Shown piece after piece: positions 27,266 to 40,259 of a DNA stretch of 64,000 nucleotides (the stretch's first letter is position 1; each line of letters starts with the position of its first letter). The notes under the pieces were generated by a model. That model was not told the DNA's origin and ran no database searches. It was given only the letters and a program-made list of their open reading frames with translations. The translations under genes were made by a program, and so were the position numbers. The stretch comes from Eledone cirrhosa (Eukaryota). The stretch is from assembly GCA_964016885.1 (NCBI GenBank), contig OZ024744.1, positions 80,166,001 to 80,230,000 on the forward strand, in the 5' to 3' direction.

Positions 27266-27331
<66 letters not shown>

Positions 27332-27374
27332 GAAAGGTATAGAAAATATTGTAGCAAAAAGCCAACAGTATTCC

Positions 27375-27467
<93 letters not shown>

Positions 27468-27511
27468 CTTCACAATATTAATAAATATAGACATTCATGT
27501 GATCAAATATA

Positions 27512-27573
27512 TTTTATTATATATATTTCAGAGGTACTGAGCTGTTTCATCAGTACGTCCTCGTCAGATAAAA
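27512..27573 (-). ncRNA. Type I hammerhead ribozyme (D-like)
   Basis: ttttat CTGACGA GGAc GTACTGA..TCAGTAC cTCT GAAA TATATA T A ataaaa. Confidence 0.8.
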
Positions 27574-27724
27574 TAAATTGATGTCTGACATACCTCAACT
27601 GTGCTGATGGTTCAATTCCAGTTTTGGGTTCTGTTGAGTTCTTCTAATCTATTGTAAAACTATATTCATTGATTAATCAATGAACCTTGTTAAACATTTG
27701 GTTATATATATATAATTATATATA

Positions 27725-27920
27725 TTGGCATAAGGTCAGCAATTTGAAGGAAAAAGGAAAGCCGATTAAATCTATCCCAATGCGTTACTGGTACTTTATT
27801 TTATCGACCTCGTGAGGATGAAAAGGAAAGCTAACTTAGGCGGGATTTTAACTCAAAACGTAAAGGGACGTAATTATACCGCAAAGCATGTTGACTGACG
27901 CTCTATCGATACTGCCAATC
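27725..27920 (-). mobile_element. Meta/MESC-core SINE
   Basis: Family core in reverse orientation. Confidence 0.75.
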
Positions 27921-29219
27921 AAGTCGATCACTATACACCATAGTTGGGGGGAGGGGGTCGAGTAATGTCCCCCTGAAGACAGAAGAAAGTGGTGGATGCG
28001 AGAATTCGAACCACACATTTCTCAAATGCCGAACATGTTAACTATTACGCTATGGTGTTTCTGGCTACTGATTTGCTGTCTTTTAAACGATTTAAGCGTA
28101 TAAGAGCTAGAAGTGTAAACATCTAAGTGTATCAAATCAGTGACCCATAGCGTAATGGCTAACACACTCGCCCTGCATTCAAGAGACACACGTACGTGGT
28201 TCAATTCCTTGTAAGCGCATAAGTCCACTTTTCCCTCTCCGGGGATTACTAAAAACGACTTTTTAAAAACTTATTGGGACAATTACATTGGAAATTTTCT
28301 CAATGCTTCTGAAGTCAAAAGAAAGTGTGTAAAGATAAATATAAGTGTGTGTGTGTGTGTGTGTGTACACATACATTTACATCCACACACAAACATACAT
28401 ACATATCTATGCGTATACTTAGACACACATATGTGTAAACACCATTTAGACAAGAAACATGCTCACTACGTAAATACATACAATAAGTACGAACATACAC
28501 ACGCATACATACAATAACTATGTACACACACACACACACACGCGCGCAGGCAGGCAGGCAGGCAGGCGCTTAGGTAGAATTGATGAAAACAAAAGGTGGA
28601 TTTTAAAAGTCAGTTTGAGAATAAAGAGGGAAAATGGAAAAGAAAAGGAAAAAGATCGTTTCTATGAATCAGATTTCGTTTCGTAATCCTTGGCCTTAAG
28701 GAAAATTGAATAAAAAAAAAAAAGAACTTAAGATAGCGTGTACACGTCATTACAGATTTATATTCATAAAATTGAGCAAACATATTCATACATATATTCA
28801 TAATCGTACGTGGGTAAATTTCATTTTATGCTATGAACTTTAAACAGTCTTTTGTGTTTAATTTAATCCACGTGCGAATAAATGACTGAAACAATCTCTC
28901 TCTCTATATATATATATTTTTTTTTTCTCTATCAATATATCTCTCTATCTATATCTCTCTATATCTATGTATCTCTATATCTATATATCTCTCTATCTAT
29001 ATATATATAACAGGTTTGATTTTGAAATTTAAATTTGTCCAAGCACCACGGCCATTGCCAATACAATTTGTTTTTGTTGATTTATTATCTTAAGTCAAGA
29101 TAGGCAAACTGTAATATTATTATTAGTATATTTCAATCTAGCTAACTTGGTCATTTACAATACAAACATGAATATGTTGGTATTTGTGTTTATCAAATAT
29201 ATTAATTTATATTAACCTG

Positions 29220-29289
<70 letters not shown>

Positions 29290-29699
29290 TCTATATCTAT
29301 ACATCTCTATATCTATAGCTACATCTCTCTATCTCTCTATCTCTCTATCTATATACATCTCTATATCTATATATCTCTCTATCTATACATCTCTATAGCT
29401 ATATCTCTCTATATCAATATCTCTCTATCTCTCTAGCTATATATCTATATTCTCTCTATCTATATCTATCTATCTCTATATCAATATCTCTCTATATCTG
29501 TATCTATCTATTTCTATATCTATATCTATCTATCTATATATCTATATCTATATCTCTCTATATCTAAATCTATCTATCTCTATATCTATATATCTCTCTA
29601 TATCTAAACATCTCTATATATATACATCTCTATAGCTATATCTCTCTATAGCTATATCTCTCTCTATCTCTCTCTATCCCTATCTCTCTATTTCTATAT

Positions 29700-29884
29700 C
29701 TCTAAGACCGAAGTTGAACAGAAAGAACGAATGGAATAACAACAACCACACCCAAACAAACAATACTGACTTAAGAGAAATATAAATAAATAAAATAAAA
29801 ATGGCGTAGACATTACAATACAATGGGAGGAAACATAATAGTACCACTGATGATGTCGCAGATGTGCGACGAAAGAACTTTGAT

Positions 29885-29957
<73 letters not shown>

Positions 29958-30160
29958 CTGTATTTTTAACCGATGGTCAATCAATGATAAACATTGATTG
30001 CCAAATAAATTAACTATGGAGATATAAAAGATACAGAAGCGAAAACCAACCCAACAGTGAGTGTGTTCTGTTATTATTTCTGGCAATATTATAACAATAT
30101 GACCCTCCCCAAGTATTACAATATTTATTTCGACACACGATTTCATATAAAAACAACCTT
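29700..30160 (+). mobile_element. Penelope-like terminal module, family I, with HHR at 29842-29885, split by (TA)n
   Basis: CTGATGA t GTCGCA gatg TGCGAC GAAAGAACTT; tail atgaccctccccaagtat shared with 50640-51050 and 55290-55596. Confidence 0.65.
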
Positions 30161-30256
30161 GCATGTCAACGTGAATGGACCTGTTATTTTTATCCAAAGT
30201 CATTTTTTCCAATTCCAACATGCCCGTCCCCTCAATCTATCTTATTTCTCATTCTT

Positions 30257-30292
30257 TCTTCTGATGAAGGACTAACGTCCGAAACGTTAAGA
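30257..30292 (+). ncRNA. Minimal type I hammerhead ribozyme
   Basis: tctt CTGATGA a GGAC taac GTCC GAAA CG T T aaga; degenerate relative near 48866-48895. Confidence 0.8.
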
Positions 30293-30376
30293 CCCTCTTC
30301 CTGTTATATCAGGCGTTAACCTAATATATCCCTTCCATATACTGTACCGATTGTGTTGTTATTTTTGTTTACCTTT

Positions 30377-30427
<51 letters not shown>

Positions 30428-30564
30428 AATTAGAACTATATATTGCTATAGTATGTATGTAGCATTTCCTTGTTCTAATTGATTGTATGTTTTTCATGCA
30501 AGATATAAAAATTATTGTACCTATAATGATATTTGCATCGAGGCGTCAACAAATCGATATTTAT

Positions 30565-30605
<41 letters not shown>

Positions 30606-30749
30606 CACTTAACATTTAATATTCTACTACTATTTCATTCTAATACCATTATAAATTTTAAAGGATTGTAAATAAAACGAGTAAATCAGACAAAGTTGGA
30701 ATTCCTTTTATTAATATAATCTTCTATACACAATCATACACACCCGTGT

Positions 30750-31156
<407 letters not shown>

Positions 31157-31179
31157 TAAATATATATTTTCTTAGGTAT

Positions 31180-31546
31180 ATCTATACTAATAAAGCTGGC
31201 GGCCATGTGTATGTAACAAGCTTTTCGCCAAACGGCTGGACAAGACAGCACCAAATTTGCAGCATAGATCTAACTTTTTCCAAGTAAGAAAGTGAGGGTA
31301 TTTTTGTCTATTAAATTTTGTTAAAAGATTAAAGATATTATTTAAATATTCACTTCTTTCAAATTTTCAAGTGTCAACACATCCGGTTATATGACATTCC
31401 TCTCTCTTTCTTACTCTGTCTTTTTAGATAGATACATAGCTATAACGTCGCGCCCATATAATATATCTCTGTATGCCTGGCTGTCTGCATTATAAAAACC
31501 ATTCTGACTTCGCTATCTGTGTGTGTGTGTGTATATATGTATATAT

Positions 31547-31578
<32 letters not shown>

Positions 31579-32507
31579 GGAGTAAGTAAGACCCCACTTA
31601 CTCCTATTACCCACTCTACTACCCTAAGTATTGAGTACTTTGGTGCGTTATGGTCCACTTGGTTTCTTACCACTTTTCCTTCGCTATATATATATATATA
31701 TATATATAGTGCGTGTGTGTGTGTGTATATAGTGTTAGTATCATAAATAAAATTTGTACATTTTATTACGCCATTCCTTTATACGTATATATACATACAT
31801 AAACATGTTATTTACAGTTGTATAAAAGAAGTATAATTGTTTCTACTTTTGGAACAAGGCCAGCAATCATCGCAGTACATTACTGGTACTTTATTATCTC
31901 TATATATAAAACTGAGGATGTGTGTGTGGGGGGGGGGGGTTGAATCCCTAAAACTCGAGAAGTACCCAACCCAACCAATCTTTTTTCAAACTTTACATGT
32001 GTATTACTTATGTTTCAGGGAGTGTTATGCACATAAAAACATTCAACTTTTTGATCCCCGTTAAGTGAAAAACTGCGTTTTTTTCCAGCTTTTTGGGGTC
32101 TTTTTTTAGGTGTTACGTCAGACCAATTTCCTTGAAATTGTAACTATGTATTAGTCAGTCTCTTTTTCATACCGTGAGCAAAGAAAATCCATGTTTTATT
32201 TCCATGTAATACTATACTTTATGTATTCAACAGTCATACTATACTATATATTTCCAACAGTAATTCTATACTTTATATTTTCAACAGTAATACTATACTA
32301 TATATTTTCAACAGTAATACTGTACTATACTATATATTTTCAACAGTAATACTATACTATATAATAATACTATACTGTAACAGTAAAACTATACTGCACA
32401 GACGGCTTATCGTCTGTTTATGCAAGCGAAGCTAACTGTATATAAATATCTGGATGCTGTAGAACACAACAATGGTAGCCGGACGCCAGCCGGGCTGGCC
32501 AGCTAGT
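31180..32507 (+). mobile_element. Non-autonomous Helitron pieces (5' ends at ~31181 and ~31899, 3' end at 32507)
   Basis: TCTATACTAATAAAG and TCTATATATAAAACTGAGG starts; 3' ccgggc..cagCTAG-t; homology to 57611-58198; internal ~28-bp minisatellite at 32200-32400. Confidence 0.6.
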
Positions 32508-32569
32508 ATATATATATATATGTATATATGTATATATGTATATATGTATATATGTATGTATGTATGTAT

Positions 32570-33798
32570 GTACAACCTGTCTCATGGTCGGGTCGTTGGC
32601 GACTAAACTGGCAACCCCACCAAGGTTTCTTTGTGAGGAGGGTGACTTTGAACATCCTGCAGGACTAAAAACAAAACCTGTCAAAGGGCAAAGGAGCTCT
32701 TAAGAGTCAATGGCCATCCAAAATCACTGGGAGAGATGACCCCTTAGCCTTTGTCAAGGCAGAATTCTAGGAGAAGGAAAACTCTGATATAACACCTGCA
32801 ACCCTGATGGTATCCAATGATGTTGACTTGTTCTTCTTTTTGGTAAATATCATCTTGGTTAAGAGAGTGGGACTGGCTTTGTGCAGTGCCTTTGCTCACT
32901 ATAAAAGCTTCACGGCACAGGCATTGCTTTATATCTGGAGATCTCTCTGCACTTGTCCTCACATGGTACCATGGGCCCAGCACTATGTGTCAATAATTGT
33001 CACAAGTGTAGTGTTTGTACCAGAGTTTTCAAGTCGCTGGCTGGACTAAAGTTACATTCGTTCAGCGCATCGGTAGGAGTTCTCCTACATGGATATAAAG
33101 TAGTGGCCGTACTCGAAAACGAGTTGGCAGCCACCATATATATATATATATATGTGTATGTATGTATGTATGTATATATATATGTAGTGTCAGGTCACTA
33201 GTTGGTGCTACTGGTAACATGTATCCCAGTACAACCTGTCCCATGGTCGGGTCGTTGGCGACTAAACTGGCAACCCCACCAAGGTTTCTTGGTGAGGAGG
33301 GTGACTTTGAACATCCTGCAGGACTAAAAACAAAACCTGTCAAAGGGCAAAGGAGCTCTTAAGAGTCAATGGCCATCCAAAATCACTGGGAGAGATGACT
33401 CCTTAGCCTTTGTCAAGGCAGAATTCTAGGAGAAGGAAAACTCTGATATAACACCTGCAACCCTGATGGTATCCAATGATGTTGACTTGTTCTTCTTTTT
33501 GGTAAATATCATCTTGGTTAAGAGAGTGGCACTGGCTTTGTGCAGTGCCTTTACTCACTATAAAAGCTTCACGGCACAGGCATTGCTTTATATCTGGAGA
33601 TCTCTCTGCACTTGTCGTCACATGGTACCATGGGCCCAGGACTATGTGTCAATAATTGTCACAAGTGTAGTGTTTGTACCAGAGTTTTCAAGTCGCTGGC
33701 TGGACTAAAAAGTCACACTTGTTCAGCGCATCGGTAAGGGTTCTCCTACATGGATATAAAGTAGTGGCCGTACTCGAAAACGAGTTGGCAGCCACCAT
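32570..33798 (+). mobile_element. Two tandem copies of a ~600-bp RTE-derived non-autonomous element (32570-33137 and 33189-33798)
   Basis: RTE 5'UTR-like ggagaaggaaaactctgat; 3' part encodes CSVCTRVFKSLAGLKLH zinc finger; (TA)/(TATG)n flanks. Confidence 0.75.
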
Positions 33799-33864
33799 GT
33801 ATGTATGTATGTATGTATGTATGTATGTATGTATGTATGTATGTATGTATGTATATATATATAT

Positions 33865-34351
33865 ATTGGGATTATACTAAGGTATATCCTAATGTTTGTT
33901 GAGTGAGATGGAAGCCGGTCGGAGTATTGCTTAAAGCTTTCTCTGTTAATGTATTAAATATTATACTCTTGATTTGGCCAGGGATGAATATTAATATCGG
34001 TAAGGTTTTTTTTATATCGATATTTGTCGGGCATCCACTGATGATTTATAAGTGCCCACCTACATATATTCCTACGGACTATGTGTAGGCTTCTACATAA
34101 CCTGGACATTATTTTCCCAATTTGTAGAAAACTTATAATGAAACGATCGTTTGGAAAGATGTATCGTTTGGAAAGATGTATTTTAATTATGTCTCATATA
34201 AAATAATACAACTGGCTATCCGCAAAATACGTATAGTTAGCACCCCAAACGTATAATTGGGATTATACTAAGGTATATCCTAATGTTTGTTGAGTGAGAC
34301 GGAAGCCAGTCGGAGTATTGATTAAAGCTTTCTCTGTTAATGTATTAAATA
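33865..34351 (+). mobile_element. Retrozyme-like unit (391-bp period) in (TA)n
   Basis: Direct repeat 33865-33960 = 34256-34351 around an HHR; related tail at 21285-21382. Confidence 0.75.
34034..34155 (+). ncRNA. Type I hammerhead ribozyme with branched ~95-nt stem II
   Basis: tcca CTGATGA t TTATAAGT [two hairpins] ACTTATAA t GAAA CGATCG T T tgga. Confidence 0.75.
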
Positions 34352-34439
34352 TATATATATATAAAGTAAAGATCTCCATCCCACTCACTTACAAATGACC
34401 ATGAATGTTGAACCTATAAAGTTCAACTCTGAAGCACGG

Positions 34440-34955
34440 TTGTTTGTGGAGGACCAGCAGTTGCACATGTATGCCAGTCTCCCCTCTCCACGCCACCAAT
34501 GTTGACAAAAGGAAAGACTAGGGCCGATACAACTTGACACCAGCGACGTCGCAACTCATTTCTACAGCTGACTGAACTGGAGCAACGTTAAATAAGTGTG
34601 TTGCTATATATAGGACACAACACACCGCCAAGTCTTGGAATCGAACTCACAACCTCACGATTGTGATCCCAACGCTTTAAATATGCAACTACACGCCTTC
34701 AGACGCATACACATATAGGTGGTGGGTTGACAGTATCGGTAGAGCGTTCGACAATATACTTTGCAGCATAAAGTTACGGATCTTTATGTTCTGAGTTCAA
34801 ATCCCGCCGAGGTTAGCCTTACCTTTTATCCTTAAGGGAACGATAAAATAAAGTATCAGTAACGCACTGGAGTCGATCTAATCAACGCTACTCCACACAC
34901 ACACACACACGCACGCACAAAAAAAATTGGTTGGTCTGTGCCTAAATCAGAAATC
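34440..34955. mobile_element. Head-to-head SINEs (34440-34700 minus; 34718-34955 plus, Meta/MESC core)
   Basis: tRNA-like heads and family cores. Confidence 0.7.
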
Positions 34956-34957
34956 AG

Positions 34958-35683
34958 TATTTTATAAATGTTCACCAATAGAGAGAGAGCACGGTTTATA
35001 ACATAGACACAAGATTTTTTCATTAGAATTTAGTCAACATCAACTAGGTAAAAATATATCATTGAGTGTGTCTGTGTGTATCTGCAGGTATTGATGTTAT
35101 TGTATGTACGGATCTGCATATTATGAGTTATATGCGTACATGTGTATATATCTCTATATCTATACATGTGTATACACAGTTATTATATACAGAATTTCTT
35201 AAATGTTTTACATATATTCACAGTTCCATTAATGGACTGTATTGCAACTTCCTAACCAGCCGTGTTCTTTCTAGTTCTGTGAAGCCCAACTTCTCAAGAT
35301 TTATACTGAGGCAGTTACTAACATATCCTAGAGCCCCAATATTCATAGGTATAAATATAAAGGTATAGTCAGGGTGGAGTATCTGCAGATTCTTTATTAA
35401 TTCAACATAAATGCTCTCATTTTCACTGACCGCTAACATTATATTGACATCTGCTGGGCAGCTGACGTCCACTAATGTGCATGTCTTCTTTTCCCTGTCC
35501 CATATCATTATATCTGATCTGTTATGCTTGCATTTTATTGGGGTTTTGACTAGAACCTTCCTCCAGTACTCTTTCATATTATGTATATATATATGTTCCA
35601 CATTGCTGTAACTTTTTATGTTTATTGTTGAGCTAGCTTTTCTACGGATTGCATTGTATAGTGTTTTGACCACTACATCATAC
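34958..35683 (-). mobile_element. R4/Dong-clade RLE LINE, 3' fragment
   Basis: YDVVVK..HNRSDIMIWD..LVDVSCPAD..GALG; homologous to 60220-60938. Confidence 0.85.
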
Positions 35684-35844
35684 CTATATATACGCACACA
35701 TATATACATATACATATGTACGTGTGGGTTATATCGAAAATTAATAATAATGGTCGATTCATTTCTAAACAAACGGCCTGATTTGAAGCGGAGCCGTGCC
35801 GGTGACCGATCGTCACCTGTTTGTTCAACTCTGCCTTTGAGGAA

Positions 35845-35885
35845 CAATCAACATGTTTCTGGGTCATTACCCTTCATCGGAACTG
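35845..35885 (-). ncRNA. Minimal HHR variant (U4C)
   Basis: cagtt CCGATGA a GGGT aatg ACCC a GAAA CATG T T gattg. Confidence 0.65.
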
Positions 35886-36549
35886 TATAGCTCAGCCAGT
35901 CTGTTGAACGGTTGAGCATATATAGTATTTTCTTAAGTACACATCGGCTGTACTCGATACTTGGGGTATATATTATAAAGAGTCAGGACCCGACGGCTGA
36001 GCTCTTGCGGTTTCAACAACTAGTTCCAGCACAGTCTGAAACTGGCATCATAGCAAAGAGTAAGTTAGAAGTATCAGTAAATCGCTTATCCCATTGAAAA
36101 TTAATCACCGTTTCGATAAAACACAATTGCAATGTAAAGTAAACCTGCCAGTAATAGAGATAAAGAACGAAAGACCGGGAAAATTAAGGGTGTGAGAAAG
36201 TAAAGAAAACCATTGTCAAAGAATTAGAACGTGATATAGTTACACCATTCTACTTATTATAATTGAGACAAGACACGAGTACGGGAAGATTACAATCATA
36301 CCACGTACGTAACGCAGGTTGCTATAAAACTTTCCTAAATACATCAATTGACACAGACTGACACTCACACACACACACACAGACTGACACACACACACAC
36401 ACATATATACAGACACTCAAACACACAGACTGACACACTCACACACAGTACAGAGATAGACAGACAGACTAACACACTCACAGACAGATACAGACTGACA
36501 TATACACACCGAAAGACAGAGATACACATACACACACCGAAAGACAGAG

Positions 36550-36581
<32 letters not shown>

Positions 36582-37316
36582 TCACGCACATACATTCACA
36601 CATACACAGATTAAGCCACACGTGCACTTACGTAGAGATAACAGGTTTACAGTTGAGTACGCCTATTTTCTTAGGACGAACTTGGAACGAAGATAAGCAC
36701 ATGGTGGAGCCCACCCTAACTACTCTGCCCCTCTTTTTCACCTTTCTCACACACACATCCCTCTCACCCTCCCTCTCTCTCCCATCCACCCCTCTCTCCA
36801 CATAGACACACTTTCTCCACTGTCTCCCCACACGCACCTCCCCCCTCTCTCTCTCCACACTCACACACATCTCTCTTCACTCACACACACACGCATTCTC
36901 CCCTCTCTCTCCACATACACACCTTGCCCTCTCTTTCTCTTTCTTTCCATACGCACACCTTCTCTCTCTCTTTCTTCCCATAAGCTTCTCTTTCTTTCTC
37001 CCCACACACATTCCCCCCTCTCTCTCTCCGTCCACACACCTTCTCCCACTCTCTCTCCATACACGTTCCTTCACAGAGATAGAGGGGAAGAGAGAAACGT
37101 AGAGGGAAAGAAAACAACAGTATAAAGAAAACTGACTTCACCAGATAGCATCTCCAAGATTATATACACTATCATGAATAAACTGTTAGTCGTTTTAGAT
37201 AAGATTAAATGTATTCACTTTCTTACTTTCATTCGCGTATTTAACGACTATGATACTGTCATATCGAATGAATAGAAGTAAACATAAACACACACGTACA
37301 CCAAGTCCGAATACAG

Positions 37317-37537
37317 AGGAGCCGAACTTCCACTGTCATCGCCTCCTCTTCTCTCGCCCTCTTCATCTCTCACTATTATGAGCAAATGGGGTCTCACGCT
37401 GGCCGCCCAACGGCCCCGGCAGACAGAATAGAAAAGGTGTTTACCCGGAGGATGGTGAGGGAGCTGCGCTGGAAGAGCTATTCCATCTCGCGAGGCTCAC
37501 ACCTGCGGCTAATCAGTGGGAGGTAGCCCTAGGGCCT
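37317..37537 (-). mobile_element. CRE-clade LINE, 3' fragment
   Basis: Homologous to 40975-41205 (ctcgcgaggctcacacctgcggct). Confidence 0.7.
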
Positions 37538-38066
37538 TCTTATAAACCAAAACACAACAGTCATTAAGTGTACTCCCTCTTACTCCATATCTTCCCCCCT
37601 CTCTCTTTCTATCTCTATACCCCTCTTTTTATCCTTATCTCATTCTCTCATACACACACTGACGCGTGCGTATTATTTTTTTTATCTTGAGATCGACTTT
37701 GCCTTTCATCCTTACGGGGTCGATAAAATAAAGTACCAGTAATGCACTGAGTTATTGCTGGCCTTGTGCCTAAAGTAGAAACAATTTTTTTTTTTTATCT
37801 CCCTCATCCCTCACTTTCTTTGTGTATGTGCGTGCGTGCGTGTGTATGTGTATGTGTATGTGGATGTGCACAGATAGATATACAGGCATACAAGTATATA
37901 CATAAGTGAAGAAGAGCTTTGCAATATTTTGTTACACGCTTTCGTGAACATCACTCTATCATCTGTCTGATCAGATTTGGATCACAAGCAGAAACGCAGT
38001 GGTACCAATCTGTGGTTCACTGCAAACTCAGAAGGAGAACATTACAGGGGATGTTTATATACACTT

Positions 38067-38710
38067 GGATTTCATTAATAACTGCGGCATGGCGGTGGAT
38101 TAGATGAATCGTTTTGGGCATCTGACAAAATGCTTTGCTGCATTTGTTCCGGCTCTTTACGTTCTGTGTTAAAAACCGACAGAGGCGCGTGGCCTAGTGG
38201 TAAGGGTGTTGGATTTACGATCATAATGTCGCGGGTTCGATTCCTGAACCGGATTTCATTAATAACTGCGGCAGGATGGTGCATTAGCTGAATCGTTTGG
38301 GGCGTCTCCGCCGAAACGCGTGACCTAGTGGAAAAGGTGTTGTTTTTACGATATGTTGCGGGTTCAATTCCTGAATAGGATTTCATTAATAACTGCGGCA
38401 GGGCGATGGATTACCTGAATCGTTTTGGACGTGGTAAGGGTGTTGAATTTACGATCAGGATGTCATGGGTTCGATTCGTGGACCGAGTTGTGTGTTGTGT
38501 TCTTGAGCAAAAAAAGAAAAACTTAATTTCATGTTGCTTCAGTATACTCAGCTGAAAACGAGTAACAACAATAGTTGGGGGTTTAGCCCAACGATGGACT
38601 GGCGTCCTGTCCAGGGGGTAGGGGTGGGGCTCTTTTACTCTCAGTCGCTTCACGCCACAGAAACCGGGATAAGCACCAGCCTGATGAGCCTCCGGGCTCT
38701 AGAAAAACTA
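38067..38710 (+). mobile_element. Tandem chimeric SINE heads followed by a SINE with a V-domain-like core
   Basis: ggatttcattaataactgcggca at 38067, 38251 and 38378; cgatggactggcgtcctgtccagggg...gaaaccgggataagc. Confidence 0.6.
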
Positions 38711-38834
38711 TAGCCTTTTTAAAAGCTATCTTTGCCTCTTAACGCTCCCGGATCGATAAAATAAAATACCAGTCAAATGTTGAGGATCGATTCAACCGAC
38801 TTTCCACCCTCTCCCCGAAATTGCTAACCATTAA

Positions 38835-39050
38835 AGGTGGAGGGGGTGGCAAAATGGGTAGAGCGTCGGATTAATATGTTTCACGGTATTTGTGACGGGT
38901 AATTATGTTCTGAGTTTAAATCATGCCGAGGTCACCTTTGCCACTTATTTTTCTGGGGTGAATAAAATAAAGTACCAGTTACGTACTGGAGTCAATATAA
39001 TCGACTTTCCCTTCTCACAAATGCTTGGCCATGTGGCAAAATTAGAAAGC
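38835..39050 (+). mobile_element. Meta/MESC-core SINE (further copies at 12945-13040, 37690-37785, 40000-40190, 42160-42340, 44035-44140)
   Basis: Family head, core and gtgcc..agaaac tail. Confidence 0.75.
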
Positions 39051-39500
39051 CTTAATAACTGTGGCTCATAGACCCACCCCACCTTCCAGATTTTGTTTGA
39101 TGAAGGAGACTACAGGAAGTTTCTAAGCCGAGTCAATCTTGGCTTCAAAAATGTTTATCAATGTTTCTTTAGAAGTAATAATAGCTGTGCTAACTGGCAG
39201 GAAGCCTGGAGTGTTGGTCGGAAAAAAAAACAATTAGTTTCAGATAATCTTTCGATTAAAAAAAACTATATTACAGTAAGTGTACAACCTTTTTGGCGAC
39301 GGTCTACGAAAAACATTCTAAACTTTTTATTTAAAATCTATGGAACAAATGTAAAACAAAAAATGTGTGTGTCTGTCTGTGTGTGTGTGTGTTTTTTTTT
39401 CTAAAATGCTTTTTTTATTCATGACAGAAATCAATGTGCCAACGATGTTTTCAATATATATTTATTTTAGAATCCAATTTCAATAAATAGAGCAGGATTT

Positions 39501-39560
39501 TTTCATTCTGATGATTGAAAGCAAAATTTTTTGCTTTTAAGAAACCACTGGTAAATGGAA
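39501..39560 (+). ncRNA. Type I hammerhead ribozyme (same family as 48453)
   Basis: tttcatt CTGATGA TTGAAAGCAAA..TTTGCTTTTAA GAAA CCACTGG T A aatggaa. Confidence 0.8.
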
Positions 39561-39862
39561 TAATTGCCTTATGTTGTTTATTACATAACTATTAAGCTAT
39601 GTTACCTACATAGAGCACTCTTTTTTCCTGGACTTTTCCGACGGAATTCATTTATGTATGTATGTATGTATGTATGTATGTATGTATGTATGAGAGAGAG
39701 AGAGAGAGAGAGGGGGGGGAGAGAGAGAGAAAGAAAGAGATTAGTTAGGTGGCTCGCCGTTCGAAACACTCAATGCTGTTGTGAGGTCCATTTCGTTTGG
39801 GTTGTATTCCAGTATTACCGCTGTACTGTTCAGTTTAGATGTGTCTTTGCATATACAAACTC

Positions 39863-39951
39863 GCATATCTGACGGGATGACGAAAAAGAGTCAGGCCCTG
39901 TCACCTTGATTGCACCCTAGGCTGATCGATATCGAAACATTTATAATATGC
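39863..39951 (+). ncRNA. Degenerate HHR with expanded stem II
   Basis: gcatat CTGACGG GAT...ATC GAAA cattta T A atatgc; stem I perfect, A9G substitution. Confidence 0.5.
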
Positions 39952-40259
39952 AAAATGGCTGAATACAATAAATGTAATCTGAGTTTTTCGAATATTAATA
40001 ATTGTTTCTACGTTAGGCACAAGGCCACCAATTACCCAGTGTATTATTGGTACTTTATTTTATCGACCCTGTAAGGATGAAAGGCAAAGTTAACCTCGGC
40101 GGGATTTGAACTCAGACCATAAAGGGCCGTAACTCTTTGCTGCAAAGCATAGCGTCAGACCCTCTACCGATACTGCCAATCCCCCACCGTACATTATATA
40201 TATATCTATAATATTATAAAGCTGATAGAAAAATTAATAGAAAAACAAAGGAAAACTAG

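Larger units (their letters stand above)
25345..27270 (+). mobile_element. 5'-truncated Penelope-like element (C-terminal GIY-YIG) ending in a family C HHR module (HHR 27163-27229)
   Basis: Endonuclease ORF, then ~1 kb AT-rich 3' region, then HHR; flanked by (TA)n. Confidence 0.85.

Noticed and set aside
28125-28225. tRNA gene
   Set aside because: It has A/B-box-like motifs but no complete cloverleaf; more likely a SINE head.
38680-38710. CTGATGA-GCC-GGC as a hammerhead
   Set aside because: It lies in a SINE tail, the spacing to GAAA is wrong, and stems I and III are absent.
39090-39217. Possible host exon (ILFDEGDYRKFLSRV...)
   Set aside because: The acceptor is plausible but the donor is weak, no domain is recognisable and there are no partner exons.
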